From assembly GCA_963788005.1 (NCBI GenBank), contig CAWBFH010000023.1:61539-125538 (forward strand): DNA of 64,000 bases. The letters are read 5' to 3'. Positions 60,745 through 64,000 of this stretch are shown piece by piece (position 1 is the stretch's first letter; every line of letters begins with the position of its first letter). A program made the position numbers and the translations under genes. The notes beneath the pieces were generated by a model. It saw nothing but the letters and a program-made list of their open reading frames with translations. It did not search any database and was not told the origin of the DNA. This DNA is from an uncultured Solirubrobacterales bacterium. GTDB lineage: Bacteria > Actinomycetota > Thermoleophilia > Solirubrobacterales > Solirubrobacteraceae.

Positions 60745-61611
60745 TTGCGACGCTCCCTGCGAACCGGCGTGGTGTGCCTGTCGGCGGTCGCCGCGCTGGC
60801 GGCTGCGGCCTGCGGCAGCTCGACGGCGACCCACTCGAGCACCGCCGCGGCCGGCAAGAACGCGTGCGCGAAGTCGTCCCTGGCGCTGCACACCAAGGGC
60901 GTGCTGACGGTGGCGACCGACTCCCCGGCCTACCCGCCCTACTTCGAGCACAACAAGCCCTCCAACGGGCAGGGCTTCGAGAGCGCGGTGGCGTACGCGG
61001 TCGCCAAGAAGCTGGGCTTCGCGCCGAGTGAGGTGAAGTGGACCGTGGAGCCGTTTGACTCCTCCTACGCGCCCGGGCCGAAGGGCTTTGACTTCGACAT
61101 CAACGAGATCTCGATCACGGCCCCGCGCGCTAAGGAGGTCGACTTCTCGACGCCGTACTACACCAATCCGCAGGGGATCATCGTCCCGTCGTCGTCGCCG
61201 CTCGCGCACGCGACCAGCCTGGCGGCGTTCAAGCACGCCTCGATCGGGGTCCAGATCGGGACGACAAGCCTCGACGCGGTCAACTCCCTGATCCAACCGA
61301 GCAATCAGCCGCAGGTCTTCAACACCTCAAACGACGTCGTCAGCGCGTTCAAGATCCACCGCGTCGACGCGATCGTCGTCGACCTCGCGACGGCGTTCGA
61401 TCTGACCTCAACCGAGCTGCCGCATACCACGATCGCCGGCCAGTTCAACGCCCCCGGCGGCGGCGACCGGTGGGGCCTGCTGCTCGGCAAGGGATCGGCG
61501 CTGACGCCGTGCGTCGACCGCGCCGTCGGCGCCCTGTCGGCCGATGGCACGCTGGCCGCGCTCAGCCACCGCTGGATCGCGTCGGCGCAGAGCGTGCCGG
61601 TTCTGCACTGA
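60745..61611 (+). CDS. Polar amino-acid ABC transporter substrate-binding lipoprotein
   Basis: Lipobox LAAAAC, LTVATDSPAYPP, GFESAV, DFSTPYY, IGVQIGTT; start uncertain (TTG 60736 or 60745). Confidence 0.88.
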   Translation: MRRSLRTGVVCLSAVAALAAAACGSSTATHSSTAAAGKNACAKSSLALHTKGVLTVATDSPAYPPYFEHNKPSNGQGFESAVAYAVAKKLGFAPSEVKWTVEPFDSSYAPGPKGFDFDINEISITAPRAKEVDFSTPYYTNPQGIIVPSSSPLAHATSLAAFKHASIGVQIGTTSLDAVNSLIQPSNQPQVFNTSNDVVSAFKIHRVDAIVVDLATAFDLTSTELPHTTIAGQFNAPGGGDRWGLLLGKGSALTPCVDRAVGALSADGTLAALSHRWIASAQSVPVLH

Positions 61612-61639
61612 CGGTCGCTACCGTCCGGCACACGGCCGT

Positions 61640-62500
61640 GTGAGCTCCATCAGCCCGATCACCTCCCGCCAGGACCGGCTCCACGCGCGCCAGAAGCGCG
61701 CGCGGCGCTCGCTGGTGATCTCGACGATCTCGACGGTGATCGTGATCGGCGGCCTGCTGGCGCTGCTGCTGACCAGCCCGGGGTGGCCAACAGTGAAACA
61801 AACGTTCTTCTCGTGGAGCGTGTTCCGGGGCTCGTTCAGCCAGGTGCTGTCCGCCTTCTGGCTCGATGTGCGTCTGTTCTGCGTGGTCGAGGTGGTGGTC
61901 CTGGTCGCCGGCCTGCTGATCGCGCTGTGTCGCACCGCTCGGGCGCCGGCGCTGTTTCCGCTGCGTTTGCTGGCGATCGTCTACGTCGACGTGCTGCGGG
62001 GCGTGCCGACGATCCTCCTCGTGTACCTGATCGGCTTCGGGGTGCCGGCGCTGATGCTCAGCGGGCTGCCGACCGGCGCCGTCGTGCTCGGCGGGATCGC
62101 GCTGGCGCTGTGCTACTCGGCGTACGTGTCCGAGGTCTACCGGGCCGGCATCGAGTCGATCCACCCGAGCCAGGCCGGCGCGGCGCTGGCGCTCGGGCTG
62201 ACCCAGACGCAGGCGCTGCGCCACGTCGTCCTCCCGCAGGCCGTCCGGCGCGTCGCGCCGCCGTTGCTGAACGACTTCATCGCGCTCCAGAAGGACGTCG
62301 CGCTGATCTCGATCCTGGGACCGCAGGAGGCGTTTCGGGTCGCGCAGATCTTCGCCGCCTCGCAGTTCAACTACACGCCGCTGATCGCCGCGGCGCTGCT
62401 GTATCTGTGCGTGACGATCCCGCTGACGCGGATCGTCGACCGAATGCAGGCGCGCAGCGTCCGCGAGCGCGGAGCGGCGGTCGCGCTCGGCCCGCGATGA
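61640..62500 (+). CDS. Polar amino-acid ABC transporter permease
   Basis: YVDVLRGVP, YSAYVSEVYRAGIESI, EAA-like AALALGL..VVLPQA. Confidence 0.92.
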   Translation: MSSISPITSRQDRLHARQKRARRSLVISTISTVIVIGGLLALLLTSPGWPTVKQTFFSWSVFRGSFSQVLSAFWLDVRLFCVVEVVVLVAGLLIALCRTARAPALFPLRLLAIVYVDVLRGVPTILLVYLIGFGVPALMLSGLPTGAVVLGGIALALCYSAYVSEVYRAGIESIHPSQAGAALALGLTQTQALRHVVLPQAVRRVAPPLLNDFIALQKDVALISILGPQEAFRVAQIFAASQFNYTPLIAAALLYLCVTIPLTRIVDRMQARSVRERGAAVALGPR

Positions 62501-63244
62501 GCGCCGTCCTCGAGCTCCGGGGGGTGACCAAGGCCTACGGGAGCCACGAGGTGCTGCGCGGGCATCGATCTGTCGGTGCAAGAGCACGAGGCGATCGCGC
62601 TGATCGGCGCCTCGGGCTCCGGTAAATCGACCCTGCTGCGATGCATCGACCTGCTCGAGGAGATCGACGACGGCGACATCCTGCTCGACGGCGAGGCGAT
62701 CACGGTTCCGGGCCTTAACCCGGTTCCCTTCCGCCGGCGGCTCGGGCTCGTGTTCCAGGCCTACAACCTGTTTCCGCACCGCAGCGTGATCGAGAACGTG
62801 ATCCTCGGCGCGGTCAAGGCCCAGAAGGTGCCCGACAAGGAGGCGCGCGAGGCGGCCCAGGCGCTGCTCGCGCGGTTCGGGCTCGGCGACCGCGGAGGCG
62901 ACTACCCGGACCGCCTCTCGGGCGGCCAGCAGCAGCGGGTCGCGATCGCGCGCGCATTGTTGACAAAGCCGCGGGCGCTGCTGCTGGACGAGGTGACGAG
63001 CGCGCTCGACCCCGAGCTGGTGGGGGAGGTGCTCGAGGTGATCCGCGAGCTCAAGCAGGAGGGGATGACGATGCTGATCGCGACTCACGAGATGGGCTTC
63101 GCGCGCGAGGTGGCCGACGAGGTCTGCTACCTCCAGGACGGGCAGATCATCGAACGAGGCTCGCCTGAGCAGATCTTCGTCTCGCCGACCGAGCCCGATA
63201 CGCAGCGCTTCTTAGCGCGGCTGCTCGCCGCCGACCGGCTCTGA
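62497..63244 (+). CDS. Polar amino-acid ABC transporter ATP-binding protein, +1 frameshift near 62560
   Basis: GASGSGKST, LSGGQQQRVAIAR, LLLDEVTSALDPE, H-loop THEM. Confidence 0.93.
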
Positions 63245-63263
63245 GGCCGCCGGAGGTGAGCCG

Positions 63264-64000
63264 ATGCCGGTAGCGGTAGCGGTCCTGTTCGCCGCCTCGC
63301 TGCACGCGACCTGGAACGCGCTCGTCAAATCGGTCGGAGATCGGCTGGCGCTGATGGCGCTGATGGGGATGTGGTCGATCGTGATCTGTGTCCCGGTGGC
63401 TCTGTTCGCGCCCGCTCCGCTGTCGGCCTCGTGGCCGGAGCTCGCAAGCTCGATGGTCCTGCACAACGTCTACAACCTGCTGCTGATCGAGAGCTACCGG
63501 GAGGGGGACTACAACCAGGTCTATCCGATCGCGCGGGGGATAGCGCCGCCCGCGGTCGCTGTCGCCTCGGTGGTCGTCGTCGGCGAGTCTCTGAGTGCCC
63601 TGCAGACGGCCGGCGTGCTCACGGTCAGCGCCGGGCTGCTGGTGATCGCGAGCGGGAGCCGGCACGAGCCCAAGCGCGCGCTCGCGTTCGCGGTCCTGAC
63701 CGGATTGGTGATCGCCGCGTATACGGTCGTCGACGGCGTCGGCGTGCGGAGGGCGGGGTCGGTCGTCGGCTACGCGACGTGGCTGTTCGTCGGCATGGGA
63801 GCGGGAACCGCGCTGATCTGGGTTCTGGTCAACCGACGGATGGCCCGACCGTCGCGCATCGACCGCGATCTCGTGCCCCGCGCGGCGGTCGCCGACGTGC
63901 TCTCGCTGGCGGCTTACGGCCTCGTGTTGTGGGCGCAGACGCGCGGAGCGCTCGCGGTCGTCGCGGCGCTGCGCGAGACGAGCGTCGTGTTCGCCGCTGC
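63264..64000 (+). CDS. EamA / DMT family transporter (3' truncated by window edge)
   Basis: AASLHATWNALVK, NQVYPIARG, YTVVDG.GVR, VAALRETSVVFA. Confidence 0.9.
   Translation, partial: MPVAVAVLFAASLHATWNALVKSVGDRLALMALMGMWSIVICVPVALFAPAPLSASWPELASSMVLHNVYNLLLIESYREGDYNQVYPIARGIAPPAVAVASVVVVGESLSALQTAGVLTVSAGLLVIASGSRHEPKRALAFAVLTGLVIAAYTVVDGVGVRRAGSVVGYATWLFVGMGAGTALIWVLVNRRMARPSRIDRDLVPRAAVADVLSLAAYGLVLWAQTRGALAVVAALRETSVVFAA

Noticed and set aside
1-64000. rRNA, anti-phage defence systems, PKS/NRPS or an intact integrase
   Set aside because: No sequence or protein motifs for these were seen in the window

Overview
High-GC (roughly 70% by eye) bacterial DNA. Gene content and protein style suggest Actinomycetota, probably Thermoleophilia/Solirubrobacterales (inference). 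Layout: (i) 1-16.7 kb is core-like: a FAS-II cluster (fabG-acpP-fabF-carboxyltransferase-fabI), a convergent F420 operon (npdG-cofD-cofC-cofE), a polysaccharide deacetylase, an M28-like protein, an inositol monophosphatase, a 1.2 kaa sedolisin with IPT/TIG domains, yjbQ, an SDR and five tRNAs (Leu-CAA, Leu-TAG, Trp-CCA, Gly-TCC, Pro-GGG). (ii) About 16.7-50.7 kb is an accessory, partly decayed region starting at tRNA-Pro with an excisionase-like remnant. It holds several secreted beta-propeller/Ig-repeat genes, a second sedolisin fused to a lectin-like propeller, an IS21 remnant, a family of short TIR-bounded repeats, a dense hairpin array, and a mirror-image pair of large LuxR-ATPase regulators flanked by alpha/beta-hydrolase genes. 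(iii) 50.9-64 kb is housekeeping/stress: a variant fluoride riboswitch before crcB-crcB-3xDUF190-ppa, MarR/MFS, FUSC, DUF6328, transaldolase, a polar amino-acid ABC transporter and an EamA transporter. Many genes, including likely essential ones, carry single-base frameshifts, so indel sequencing error is likely and every pseudogene call needs read-level checking. No CRISPR array, rRNA, reverse transcriptase or intact integrase was seen. All family calls come from motif recognition, not database searches.
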